Below are positions 20,301-27,729 of a stretch of 64,000 bases of DNA, in pieces (within the stretch, counting starts at the first letter, position 1; each line of letters begins with the position of its first letter). The translations under genes and the position numbers were made by a program. This stretch comes from an uncultured bacterium (GTDB lineage Bacteria > Verrucomicrobiota > Verrucomicrobiia > CAIQCK01), in contig CAIQCK010000121.1 of NCBI GenBank assembly GCA_903870275.1, positions 192,461 through 256,460 of the forward strand, written 5' to 3'. The notes beneath the pieces are model-generated. The model did no database searches and had not been told where the DNA came from. It saw only the letters and a program-made list of their open reading frames with translations.

Positions 20301-21186
20301 CGGTATGGTGCTCGCCCGCAATACGGTTTTCATCGCCGGCCCACCGGACGTCGTGGACGAGGAAAAAGTCATTCAAAGCCCTGACGATCCGGCGATCAAG
20401 ATGAAGCAGGCCGAGCAGGTTGCCGCGCTCGAAGGACGGCGGGGTGCGCTGCTCTGGGCGTGTTCGGCCGCCGATGGCCGAAGACTCGCCGCATGGCAAC
20501 TCGACGCCGTGCCCGTGTTCGACGGCATGGCCGCGGCCCAGGGCAAACTGTTCTTTGCCACCATCGATGGCAAGGTCGTCTGCCTCGGTGGCAATGGGAC
20601 GCCGCTGAAACCCGCGCCCGACGCGAAACTCACGCCGCTGGACATCGGCGTGAAAACGACCGTGATCAACCTGCCCTCCAAGGCCGCCGACTTTGCCCGG
20701 CTCGACCAAGCGCGTGTTTTTGAGTCCGATATCGGTTACCGCGTCGCCACGGAGACGAAAAAGGTCGGTCTGGCGTTAAAAAAACTCGACGCGCCGTTGG
20801 ATGGCCGAGTGACGCTCAAGTGCAAGCTGCAGTTCACCAGTGTCGCGGGATTGCGCAACGGTTACCTCGCCTTCGGTGACGGCGCCGAGGAGGCGAACTT
20901 GGTGAAGTGCGGTCTGCGAGTGGCGATGAAGACCGCGGCGATCATTCAAGGGCCGCTCAGCAAGAACAAAGGCGCCACGACGCCGTATGCGGCAGACGCT
21001 GAGAAAGTTCACGAGCTGGTTGTAACCGTGGACCTCGCGTCGGGTAACGTTACCTTCCGAAGCGGTTCGGCAACCGTATCCGCCAAGCTGGCGCAGCCGA
21101 TGAAGCGCATCACTCACGTCGGCTACTGCACCAACAACGCCACGGTGGATTTTAGTCCGGTTGAAATCGGCGGCGCGGCGAAGTAG
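17350..21186 (+). CDS. Exported SAM-methyltransferase-fold + PQQ-like beta-propeller repeat protein (paralog B) with an extra C-terminal beta-rich domain
   Basis: Signal peptide (LIAALAWVSANA); same architecture and motifs as paralog A (HHRCY, RGAC, CAC, DWPTYR); ~180-aa C-terminal extension. Confidence 0.85.
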   Translation: MNRFATCTLIAALAWVSANADQPSASQILKETGIQGGLVVHVGCGDGSLTAALRANDSFIVQGLDTDAKHVEAARKHIASLGLYGKVTAEPWDGGRLPYIENFVNLVVVSEGCRVAEEEIMRVLAPNGVAIVGSRKIVKPRPKEMDEWTHYLHDPGNNAVAHDSLVGPPRQYQWIGGPRWSRHHDHMSSISAVVSANGRLFYIVDEGPRASILLPPQWSLVARDAFNGTILWTRPIPEWNTQLWPLKSGPNQLPRRLVAAGDRVYVTLGIDAPVSELDAATGRTLRAFEGTQETDEILFSDGMLFLLVAEAPNQWKDYRPKHTYVWDNTNRANKEWAWDRQRRHVMAVDAGSGRKLWKSEQRVAPLTLALDTQHVFFYDGEKTVALDRKSGQPLWSSEPVPHKQPFPTGYGPTLVAQDDVVLLSVERLTMTAFAAATGKKLWSAEHHRGGHASPDDLLVIDGLVWSGRIADGKDDGVFTGRDLRTGEVKSEFACDNVNYWFHHRCYRAKATDRFILTSRTGTEFVDIAAKHWDLNHWVRGACLYGVMPANGLLYAPPHPCACYLESKLSGFNALAPARPTMERGASSVERLERGPAFAEIQNSKTKIQNAEDWPTYRSDAARSGFAKTDVPSDLKLAWQADIGGKLSSVTVADGRVFVASVDTHTVHALDAATGKPAWTFTAGARVDSPPTIWTGRVLFGSADGWVYCLRAEDGALVWRFRAAPEERRMMAIEQLESVWPVSGAVLVRDGVVFCVAGRSAFLDGGMRLLRLDAATGRELSETVLNDRDLSTGEPLQKFVQQLDMPTALPDVLSCDGRSVYMRAQRFDLNGARQEFAPMDPKEQTGEGVHLFSRSGFLDDTWWHRSFWMYGRGVKSGYGDWFKPGNYAPSGRLMVFDDFALYSFDRKPMSMCNASVYDYYLYAADKQTKEEAIQRVTAANGRMNAASIKKVASTSDWALRKKFSLSELSAAGFKWAEGDLPLLARGMVLARNTVFIAGPPDVVDEEKVIQSPDDPAIKMKQAEQVAALEGRRGALLWACSAADGRRLAAWQLDAVPVFDGMAAAQGKLFFATIDGKVVCLGGNGTPLKPAPDAKLTPLDIGVKTTVINLPSKAADFARLDQARVFESDIGYRVATETKKVGLALKKLDAPLDGRVTLKCKLQFTSVAGLRNGYLAFGDGAEEANLVKCGLRVAMKTAAIIQGPLSKNKGATTPYAADAEKVHELVVTVDLASGNVTFRSGSATVSAKLAQPMKRITHVGYCTNNATVDFSPVEIGGAAK

Positions 21187-21195
21187 GCTTCATCC

Positions 21196-22287
21196 GTGCA
21201 AAAATGCCGCGCATATTCCGACTCGGTCCTCTTGGGGAGGCCACGAGTCTGGCCAGTCGTCGCAGTCGTTTTTTGCTGGACCGTGGTTTTTAACGCGTTC
21301 GCGTGTTCGGTGCCGGTGTTTCGCTACGCGCTCGACCGCTGGCCGGCGGAGAACTACGAGCTTCGCGTGGACCGTGCCGCCGCCGCCACGCCGGAGATGA
21401 CAACGCTGCTGGGGGCGCTCCGCACCAATTCGCTCGCAAACGTGACGGTTCAGACGTCGGCCATCGCGGGGCCGGCGACAGCGAAACTGGTTTTTCCCGA
21501 TCCGCCGGGCGGCGAAGTGTGGAGCGGACCATTGAGCGCCGCCAATTTGGAACTGGCGTTGGACTCGCCGGTCCGGCGCGAGATCGCCCGCCGCATTGTC
21601 CACGGCGAGTCGGCGGTGTGGGTGCTGGTCGAATCCGGCGACGCTGCGGCGGACGACAAAGTCGCAAGCGCGCTGGAGCGGCGGCTCAAACAATGGGTGT
21701 CGGCCGCCGCGCTGCCGGAGCAGGACCCCAACGATCCGACCAGCCAGATCGGCCCCGGTCCCGCGCTGGCGTTGCGGTTCTCGGTCCTGCGCTTGTCGCG
21801 GAAAGATCCGCGCGAGGCTGTAACGCTGGCGATGTTCGAGGCCAACAGCGACGAGATCAGGCGGCTCCGCACCGTGCCCATCGCGTTTCCGGTGTTCGGC
21901 CGCGGCCGCGTGCTCGCGGCGGTGCCGAAGGAAAACCTGACGGACGAGAGCATTGACGAAGTGTGCGCGTTCATCGTGGGCGCTTGTTCGTGCCAAGTGA
22001 AGGACTCGCGCACCGGCTGGGACTTGCTGCTGAGTTTCAACTGGGACGAGGAACTCGCGCGCGTGGAGGAGCAGCGGCAGAGTGCCGCGGTGGCGGCCCC
22101 GCCGGCGGCGCCGGCCAATCCGCCCGCCGCGCAGTCCGCGCTGAAACCGGAGACTGTCACGATTCGCGGCGGGTCCGCCGCCGGCGCGCCTGGCGCGATG
22201 AATGGGCGCGCGTGGTTGGCGGTCGCGCTGGTTCTCGCCTGCATGGGAGGAATTGCAGCGGTGGGATGGAGCAGGAGAAAACGATGA
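21196..22287 (+). CDS. Hypothetical exported, C-terminally anchored Cys-motif protein
   Basis: Hydrophobic N-terminus followed by ACSVPVFRYALDRW; FGRGR and GACSCQVK motifs; Ala/Pro linker, TM helix, RRKR tail. Overlaps the next gene (ATGA). Start uncertain. Confidence 0.7.
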   Translation: MQKCRAYSDSVLLGRPRVWPVVAVVFCWTVVFNAFACSVPVFRYALDRWPAENYELRVDRAAAATPEMTTLLGALRTNSLANVTVQTSAIAGPATAKLVFPDPPGGEVWSGPLSAANLELALDSPVRREIARRIVHGESAVWVLVESGDAAADDKVASALERRLKQWVSAAALPEQDPNDPTSQIGPGPALALRFSVLRLSRKDPREAVTLAMFEANSDEIRRLRTVPIAFPVFGRGRVLAAVPKENLTDESIDEVCAFIVGACSCQVKDSRTGWDLLLSFNWDEELARVEEQRQSAAVAAPPAAPANPPAAQSALKPETVTIRGGSAAGAPGAMNGRAWLAVALVLACMGGIAAVGWSRRKR

Positions 22288-23822
22288 AACGAGCCGTAAC
22301 CATCATTGCCGTCCTTGGGGTGACATTGGGAATCATCGTGTGGTTTTACCGGCAGGCCGCGCCGTCGTCGGCGGGCCGGACGCTCACGGTGTATTGCGCC
22401 GCCGGCATCAAGAAACCCGTCGAAGCCATCGCCACGGCTTACCGCGACGAGTTCGGCGTCAACGCCGGGTTGCAATACGGTGGGACCGCTTCGTTGCTGA
22501 GCGCGATCCGAGTCGCGAAAACCGGCGACCTTTTCATCGCCGCCGACGCCACCGCCATCGCGGACGCGCGAAAGATGGGCCTGGTGCGCGAGGTGTTGCC
22601 GCTGGTGCGCCAGACGCCGGTAATCGCTGTGATGAAAGGCAACCCGAAAGGCATCCGCGCGCTCGACGATCTATTGCGGCCGGGCGTGCGGTTTGCGCTC
22701 GCCAACCCGGAGAGTGCCAGCATCAGCCGCGTGGTGAAGCGGCTGCTCGGCCCGCGCTGGGAAACGTTCAGCGCGCGCGCGGTGGTGCTCAAACCGACGG
22801 TGATGGACATTGCCAGCGACGTGACGCTCGGCGCGGTGGACGCGGCATTGGTGTGGGACTCGACCACGTCGCAGTTTGCCGCGCTGGAGATCGTGCCGGC
22901 GGCGGAGTTCGCCGGCGCTGCGGAAACGGCCAGCGTGGCGGTGCTCGCCGCGTGCGCACAGCCGGCAGCGGCGCTGCGGTTCGCGCGCTACTTGACCGCG
23001 CCGGAGAAAGGCGCGCCAATTTTTGCCGCGCAAGGTTTTCATCCTGCCGGCGGCGACAAGTGGAGCGGGAAACCGACGCTGGTGCTCTACAGCGGCGGCG
23101 TCAACCGGCCGGCGATACAGCAGACGCTGAAAGAGTTCGCCGACCGCGAGGGCGTGGACCTCACGACGGTGTTCAACGGTTGCGGCATCCTCTGCGCGAC
23201 GATGCGCGCGATGGCGAAGACACCGGGCGCGAACATTCCCGACGCCTACTACGCCTGCGACGTTTGTTTTGTGCCGCCCGTCGCCGATCTCTATCCGGAG
23301 GCGGTGGTCCTGACGGAAGCCGACATCATGCTCGCCGTGCCGAAGGGCAACCCGAAAAACCTCCACGCGTTGTTGGACCTCGCGCAGCCCGGCCTTAAGA
23401 TCGGCATCTGCAACTCCGAGCAGTCCACGCTCGGCTACATGACCAAAGGCATGCTCAAGGAGACCGGGCTTTACCCGTCGGTGATGAAGAACGTCTGTTC
23501 GCAGGTGCCGACTGCCGACCTGCTGATCAACCAACTCCGCACCGGTTCGCTCGATGCGGCCATCGTTTATGACGTGAACGCGAAACCCGTTGCGGCGTAT
23601 ATAGATACTATGCCGATCAAGCACGCCGGGGCCAAGGCCGCGCAGCCGTTCGCGGTGGCGGCGCATTCGCCGAACGCGCTGCTCGCGCACCGGCTGCTTG
23701 ATTTTCTGCGCGCCAACCGCGAGCGTTTTGAGAAGGCCGGTTTCCACTGGCGCGACGACGGGACCGCCATCGTGAGCAAGGACATTGTCGTGCCGGATTA
23801 CCTGAAGAAAGCCAATGACTGA
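22284..23822 (+). CDS. modA: Molybdate/tungstate-type ABC transporter substrate-binding protein with two tandem ModA-like domains
   Basis: N-terminal membrane anchor. Domain 1: VYCAAG...YGGTASL...DLFIAA...KGNPKGI. Domain 2: LYSGG...FNGCG...PKGNPKNL...DAAIVY. Precedes modB/modC. Confidence 0.8.
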   Translation: MKRAVTIIAVLGVTLGIIVWFYRQAAPSSAGRTLTVYCAAGIKKPVEAIATAYRDEFGVNAGLQYGGTASLLSAIRVAKTGDLFIAADATAIADARKMGLVREVLPLVRQTPVIAVMKGNPKGIRALDDLLRPGVRFALANPESASISRVVKRLLGPRWETFSARAVVLKPTVMDIASDVTLGAVDAALVWDSTTSQFAALEIVPAAEFAGAAETASVAVLAACAQPAAALRFARYLTAPEKGAPIFAAQGFHPAGGDKWSGKPTLVLYSGGVNRPAIQQTLKEFADREGVDLTTVFNGCGILCATMRAMAKTPGANIPDAYYACDVCFVPPVADLYPEAVVLTEADIMLAVPKGNPKNLHALLDLAQPGLKIGICNSEQSTLGYMTKGMLKETGLYPSVMKNVCSQVPTADLLINQLRTGSLDAAIVYDVNAKPVAAYIDTMPIKHAGAKAAQPFAVAAHSPNALLAHRLLDFLRANRERFEKAGFHWRDDGTAIVSKDIVVPDYLKKAND

Positions 23823-24609
23823 CCAGCATCGCGCCGGGCCGAACTGGCCCTTCTGGGTCACGATCGCCGTCATCACCGCCGCTTACCTCGCGTTGTTGCT
23901 CGGGATGCTGGCGGCCACGGCCACCTACAGCTCGCCGCATCATCTCCTCCACGCGCTCGGCTCGCGCGAAATCCAATACGCCACCGGCCTCAGCCTCGTC
24001 AGTTGCACCATCGCCGCGCTGCTGTCGCTCGTCGTCGCCGTGCCCGTCGGCTACCTGATGTCGCGCGGCCGGTTCGCCGGCAAGAACACGCTCGACACGC
24101 TGCTCGACGTGCCGATTGTCCTGCCGCCGATGGTGATCGGGTTGTGTTTGCTGATTTTGTTCCAGACGCCGATCGGACGGGCGATTGATCGCGTCGTGCC
24201 GTTCACCTACACGGTGTTCGGCGTGCTGCTGGCGCAGTTCACCGTCGCCGCGGCGTTCGCCGTGCGGCAGATGCGGACGACGTTCGATCATTTGCCGTCG
24301 CGGCCGGAGGACGTGGCAATGACGCTCGGTTGCTCGCGCGGCCGGGCCGTCTGGCTCGTCACGCTGCCCGCCGCCAAGCGCGGGATGTTCAGCGCCGCGA
24401 GCATCGCGTGGGCGCGGAGCCTCGGCGAGTTCGGGCCGATCCTGGTTTTCGCCGGCGCGACGCGGATGAAAACCGAGGTGCTGCCGACGACGGTCTGGCT
24501 GGAACTGAGCGTCGGCAACCTGGAGGCGGCGATTGCGGTGAGCCTGATGATGGTGGCGTTGGCAGTGGCGGTGCTGCTGGCGATGCGTGCGGTGGGGGAG
24601 AGGCCATAA
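23815..24609 (+). CDS. modB: Molybdate-type ABC transporter permease
   Basis: DVPIVLPPMVIGLCLL, EAA-like loop (EDVAMTLGCS), WARSLGEFG. Confidence 0.88.
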   Translation: MTDQHRAGPNWPFWVTIAVITAAYLALLLGMLAATATYSSPHHLLHALGSREIQYATGLSLVSCTIAALLSLVVAVPVGYLMSRGRFAGKNTLDTLLDVPIVLPPMVIGLCLLILFQTPIGRAIDRVVPFTYTVFGVLLAQFTVAAAFAVRQMRTTFDHLPSRPEDVAMTLGCSRGRAVWLVTLPAAKRGMFSAASIAWARSLGEFGPILVFAGATRMKTEVLPTTVWLELSVGNLEAAIAVSLMMVALAVAVLLAMRAVGERP

Positions 24610-24618
24610 AGAAAATGG

Positions 24619-24698
24619 ATCCACGGATTACACGGATTGCACGGATGGCGGATTCGGAATCAGATTTTCTTTCCATGTCATCAGTGAAATCCGTGGAT
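24619..24698. repeat. Palindromic element built of 9-bp units (CACGGATTA)
   Basis: atccacggattacacggattgcacggat ... atcagtgaaatccgtggat; 11-bp perfect terminal inverted repeat, inside the modB-modC gap. Confidence 0.8.
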
Positions 24699-24709
24699 GC
24701 TTTCCCATC

Positions 24710-25387
24710 ATGATCGCCCTTGAACACATCGCCATTCGCGCCGGCGCGTTCGCGCTGAGCGACGTTTCCTTTACGGTGCCGGAAGCGGTTTACGGCGTGC
24801 TCATGGGGCCGACCGGCTGCGGCAAGACGACGCTGGTGGAAATCATCTGCGGCTTGCGAAAGCCCGAATCCGGCCGCGTGCTGGTGAACGGCCGCGACGT
24901 GACGCACGAGTCGTCCGGCAACCGCGGCGTCGGCTACGTGCCGCAGGACGGCGCGATGTTCCCGACGATGACCGTCCGCCAGCAACTCGGCTTTGCGCTG
25001 CGAATCCGGCGGCGGCCCGTGGAGGAAACGGCGGCGCGCGTCGCAGAGCTGGCGTCGCAACTCGGCATCGCGCACCTGCTCGACCGCAAGCCGCACGGTC
25101 TCTCCGGCGGCGAACGGCAGCGCGTGGCGTTGGGGCGGGCGCTGGCGGCGCGGCCGGCGGTGCTGCTGCTCGACGAGCCGCTCTCTGCGCTCGACGAAAA
25201 CATGCGCGGCGACATGCGCGACCTGCTCAAGCGTGTCCAACGCGAGCACGGCGTCTCCGTGCTTCACGTCACCCACGACCGCTCCGAGGCGCGGCAGGTG
25301 GCCGGTCTGTTGCTCGTGATGACGGAGGGTTGCGTGCGGCCGGCGGATTTGAATACACTGGGAGCGCCATGCACCTGCCAGCCTTGA
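24710..25387 (+). CDS. modC: ABC transporter ATP-binding protein (ModC/WtpC-like, no TOBE domain)
   Basis: Walker A GPTGCGKT, LSGGERQ, LLLDEP, HVTHD. Confidence 0.85.
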   Translation: MIALEHIAIRAGAFALSDVSFTVPEAVYGVLMGPTGCGKTTLVEIICGLRKPESGRVLVNGRDVTHESSGNRGVGYVPQDGAMFPTMTVRQQLGFALRIRRRPVEETAARVAELASQLGIAHLLDRKPHGLSGGERQRVALGRALAARPAVLLLDEPLSALDENMRGDMRDLLKRVQREHGVSVLHVTHDRSEARQVAGLLLVMTEGCVRPADLNTLGAPCTCQP

Positions 25388-26118
25388 CCGACGACGAGCG
25401 CACCATCTACCAGTGGCAGATGTGGGTTCCGGGTTTGGGCGAGGAGGGCCAGCGGAAACTCAAAGGCGCGTCGGTGCTCATCTCCCGCGTCGGCGGCCTC
25501 GGCGGCGTGGTGGCTTACGAACTGGCCGCCGCGGGCGTCGGTCGGCTCGTGCTCGCCCACGCTGGCAACCTCAAGCCCGCCGACCTGAACCGCCAGCTTC
25601 TCCAGACCCACGACCACATCGGCAAACCGCGCATCGAGTCCATCGCGCGCCGGCTGCGCGATCTCAACCCGCGCCTCGACATCGTCGCGGTCTGCGAAAA
25701 CGTCACTGAGGAAAACGCCGGCAGTCTTGTGGCGCAGGCGGATGTGGTGGTGGACGCCGCGCCGCTCTTCGAGGAACGGTTCGCGCTGAACCGCGCCGCT
25801 GTCCGTCAGGGCAAACCGATGGTCGAGTGCTCCATGTATTCGATGGAAGCACACGTCACGACGATCCTGCCGGGCCGCACCGCGTGCCTGCAATGCCTCG
25901 TTCCCGAAAAACCCGCCGACTGGAAGCGCCAGTTCCCCGTCATCGGCGCGGTTTCCGGCACCGCCGGCTGCGTCGGCGCGGTCGAGGTCATCAAACTCCT
26001 TACCGGCATCGGCGACCCGCTCGCCGGCGCAATGCTGGTGATGGACCTCCGGACCATGAACTTCCGCCGCGTCAAAACCGCGCGCAGGCCCGATTGCCCC
26101 GTGTGTGCTGGAAGCTGA
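25369..26118 (+). CDS. HesA/MoeB/ThiF family adenylyltransferase, HesA-like
   Basis: VGGLGG, DLNRQ, CLQC and C-terminal CPVC zinc motifs; MVECSMYSMEAHVTTILPG and FPVIGAVSGTAG segments resemble HesA as I recall it. Confidence 0.88.
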   Translation: MHLPALTDDERTIYQWQMWVPGLGEEGQRKLKGASVLISRVGGLGGVVAYELAAAGVGRLVLAHAGNLKPADLNRQLLQTHDHIGKPRIESIARRLRDLNPRLDIVAVCENVTEENAGSLVAQADVVVDAAPLFEERFALNRAAVRQGKPMVECSMYSMEAHVTTILPGRTACLQCLVPEKPADWKRQFPVIGAVSGTAGCVGAVEVIKLLTGIGDPLAGAMLVMDLRTMNFRRVKTARRPDCPVCAGS

Positions 26119-26167
26119 CGGCTGGCGTCTGATCTCTAAGCACTGACCTCTGTCCCGTTCTCAGTTC

Positions 26168-26782
26168 TCAGTTTGTCCCCAACGCATTTCCTGCCGCCTT
26201 ACTGCCGATTTCGCGCAGGGTTTTCCAGGCAGCGGAGTCTTGAGGACTGGGGGAAACCAGCAGGATCAAACAGGTCTGTTTTGACGCCGGCCGCGGCATC
26301 ACGAGGGCTTCCACATGGAGGGTGAGCTTGCGGCCGTCGGAAAAGGAGTCGAAGAAAACGACTTCGGCGGCGAAGCGTTTCTTTCCAGCCGGGCTGGGCG
26401 GCATCGCATTCACCACGGCCCTCATTTGTCCGGCGTCCGGCGAGAGTCCCTTGCCCCGGCCCACGGCGATGCTGAGTCCGCGGTAATACTTCTCAAGAAA
26501 ATCCTTGAGCTCCGTCGCGCCCAGTTCCGGCGCGCCGTCGGCCAGAATGGCCACCACATAGGTGAAATAGGTGCTGGTGCGGGTGTCGAACATTCCGGGA
26601 GCGAAACGGATTTCCTCGGAGCCGGTGAGCTTGATGTCCGGCGCAAATCCTGGAGGGATGGCCATTCCTTCGAAGCGCCAATCCGTGGGCTCTTTGAGAA
26701 TCGTGGGGCGGTCCGGCCCGGCGGCATTGAGCGGGACCTGCAAAGCCAGCAACAGGAGTGTGAAACCAAGGATTTGTTTCAT
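26168..26782 (-). CDS. Hypothetical secreted protein
   Basis: Signal peptide MKQILGFTLLLLALQVPLNA; EEIRFAPGMF motif; no family recognised. Confidence 0.65.
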   Translation of the reverse strand: MKQILGFTLLLLALQVPLNAAGPDRPTILKEPTDWRFEGMAIPPGFAPDIKLTGSEEIRFAPGMFDTRTSTYFTYVVAILADGAPELGATELKDFLEKYYRGLSIAVGRGKGLSPDAGQMRAVVNAMPPSPAGKKRFAAEVVFFDSFSDGRKLTLHVEALVMPRPASKQTCLILLVSPSPQDSAAWKTLREIGSKAAGNALGTN

Positions 26783-26792
26783 GGGAGTTTCT

Positions 26793-27647
26793 TCATACGC
26801 GCAGCCTGTCACCGGCGGCGAACGCGTCCCGGACGGTGGCGGTCCTGAGCATGAGGATGCAGGCGACAGGCCAAACGCAACCGAGAAGCATCAAGACGGC
26901 AGTCCAAAAGACCTTCATAACGCGCGCGCTGCTGCTGTTGTTGGTTGTGGGCGCGAAAGACTGCCCTGTGGTCGAAAACTGCTTCTGCTGCACCTTCGTC
27001 ATTTCGAGCAGCGATTTCGTTCGCTGCAGATTCGCTTTCGCCTCCGGGGTCGCCAACTGCGGGTCCTTGTCCATCTCCGCCTGCTGCCTTTGCACATCTT
27101 TTTCCAAACTGGCGGTCATCTGCTGGCTCTGCTGCGCCAACTCGGCATGCATGTTCTGCACCGCTTGCATTACCTCGTCGCCGAAAACAGCATGCGCGAC
27201 AAGAGGATGGATCACTGCGGCAACAATAAGGGCGATGCTCACGCCGATGGCCAGTCTTCTTGCCCAACCGGCCATGCAAAGGAGGCCGATGCCGGAGATT
27301 AGAAGAAGCAACCTGAGCAGACCATCCACGCCGCCTGAGATGGCATAACTGGCCTTCATCCGTGGTGTTGCGAATGTGTTTACAAACTTCGCCTGAGCCG
27401 ACAACAAGTCGGAATGCGTCCGGGCGAATTGTTCGTCCGCGCGTTTCTGAGACTCGGTTTCGTCCAAAGCCTTGCCGGATTCGCGCAACGTCTGCAGGGC
27501 GTGATTTTGCACTTCCTGTGCAAATCCAAAACCCTTTTGGACCAATGTCGGCGTGGCCATCGTCATCACGGCGAGGCAGCCGCATAGCAGGCCGAACACG
27601 ATGTTGACGATGGCAACCGCAGTTACAAGACCGGGACGTTTTTGCAT
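26793..27647 (-). CDS. Hypothetical multi-pass membrane protein with helical/coiled-coil loops
   Basis: RPGLVTAVAIVNIVFG start, about 4 TM segments, Q/K/E-rich helical inserts; GGAGG SD upstream on the minus strand. Confidence 0.7.
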   Translation of the reverse strand: MQKRPGLVTAVAIVNIVFGLLCGCLAVMTMATPTLVQKGFGFAQEVQNHALQTLRESGKALDETESQKRADEQFARTHSDLLSAQAKFVNTFATPRMKASYAISGGVDGLLRLLLLISGIGLLCMAGWARRLAIGVSIALIVAAVIHPLVAHAVFGDEVMQAVQNMHAELAQQSQQMTASLEKDVQRQQAEMDKDPQLATPEAKANLQRTKSLLEMTKVQQKQFSTTGQSFAPTTNNSSSARVMKVFWTAVLMLLGCVWPVACILMLRTATVRDAFAAGDRLRV

Positions 27648-27729
27648 GGCGAATACCTCCTGTGCCAGAACCTCACTTCAGGTTCCTGGCTGAACGTTAA
27701 AGATCAGGTGCTCATGAGATCGGCGCGGC

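Noticed and set aside
14022-21186. Calling the propeller proteins PQQ methanol dehydrogenases because mtaBC is nearby
   Set aside because: They lack the vicinal CC and other MxaF/XoxF active-site motifs, have a different size and architecture, and no pqq genes are present.
22284-26118. Nitrogen-fixation cluster
   Set aside because: ModABC and a HesA-like gene are present, but no nifH/D/K/E/N/B is in the window.
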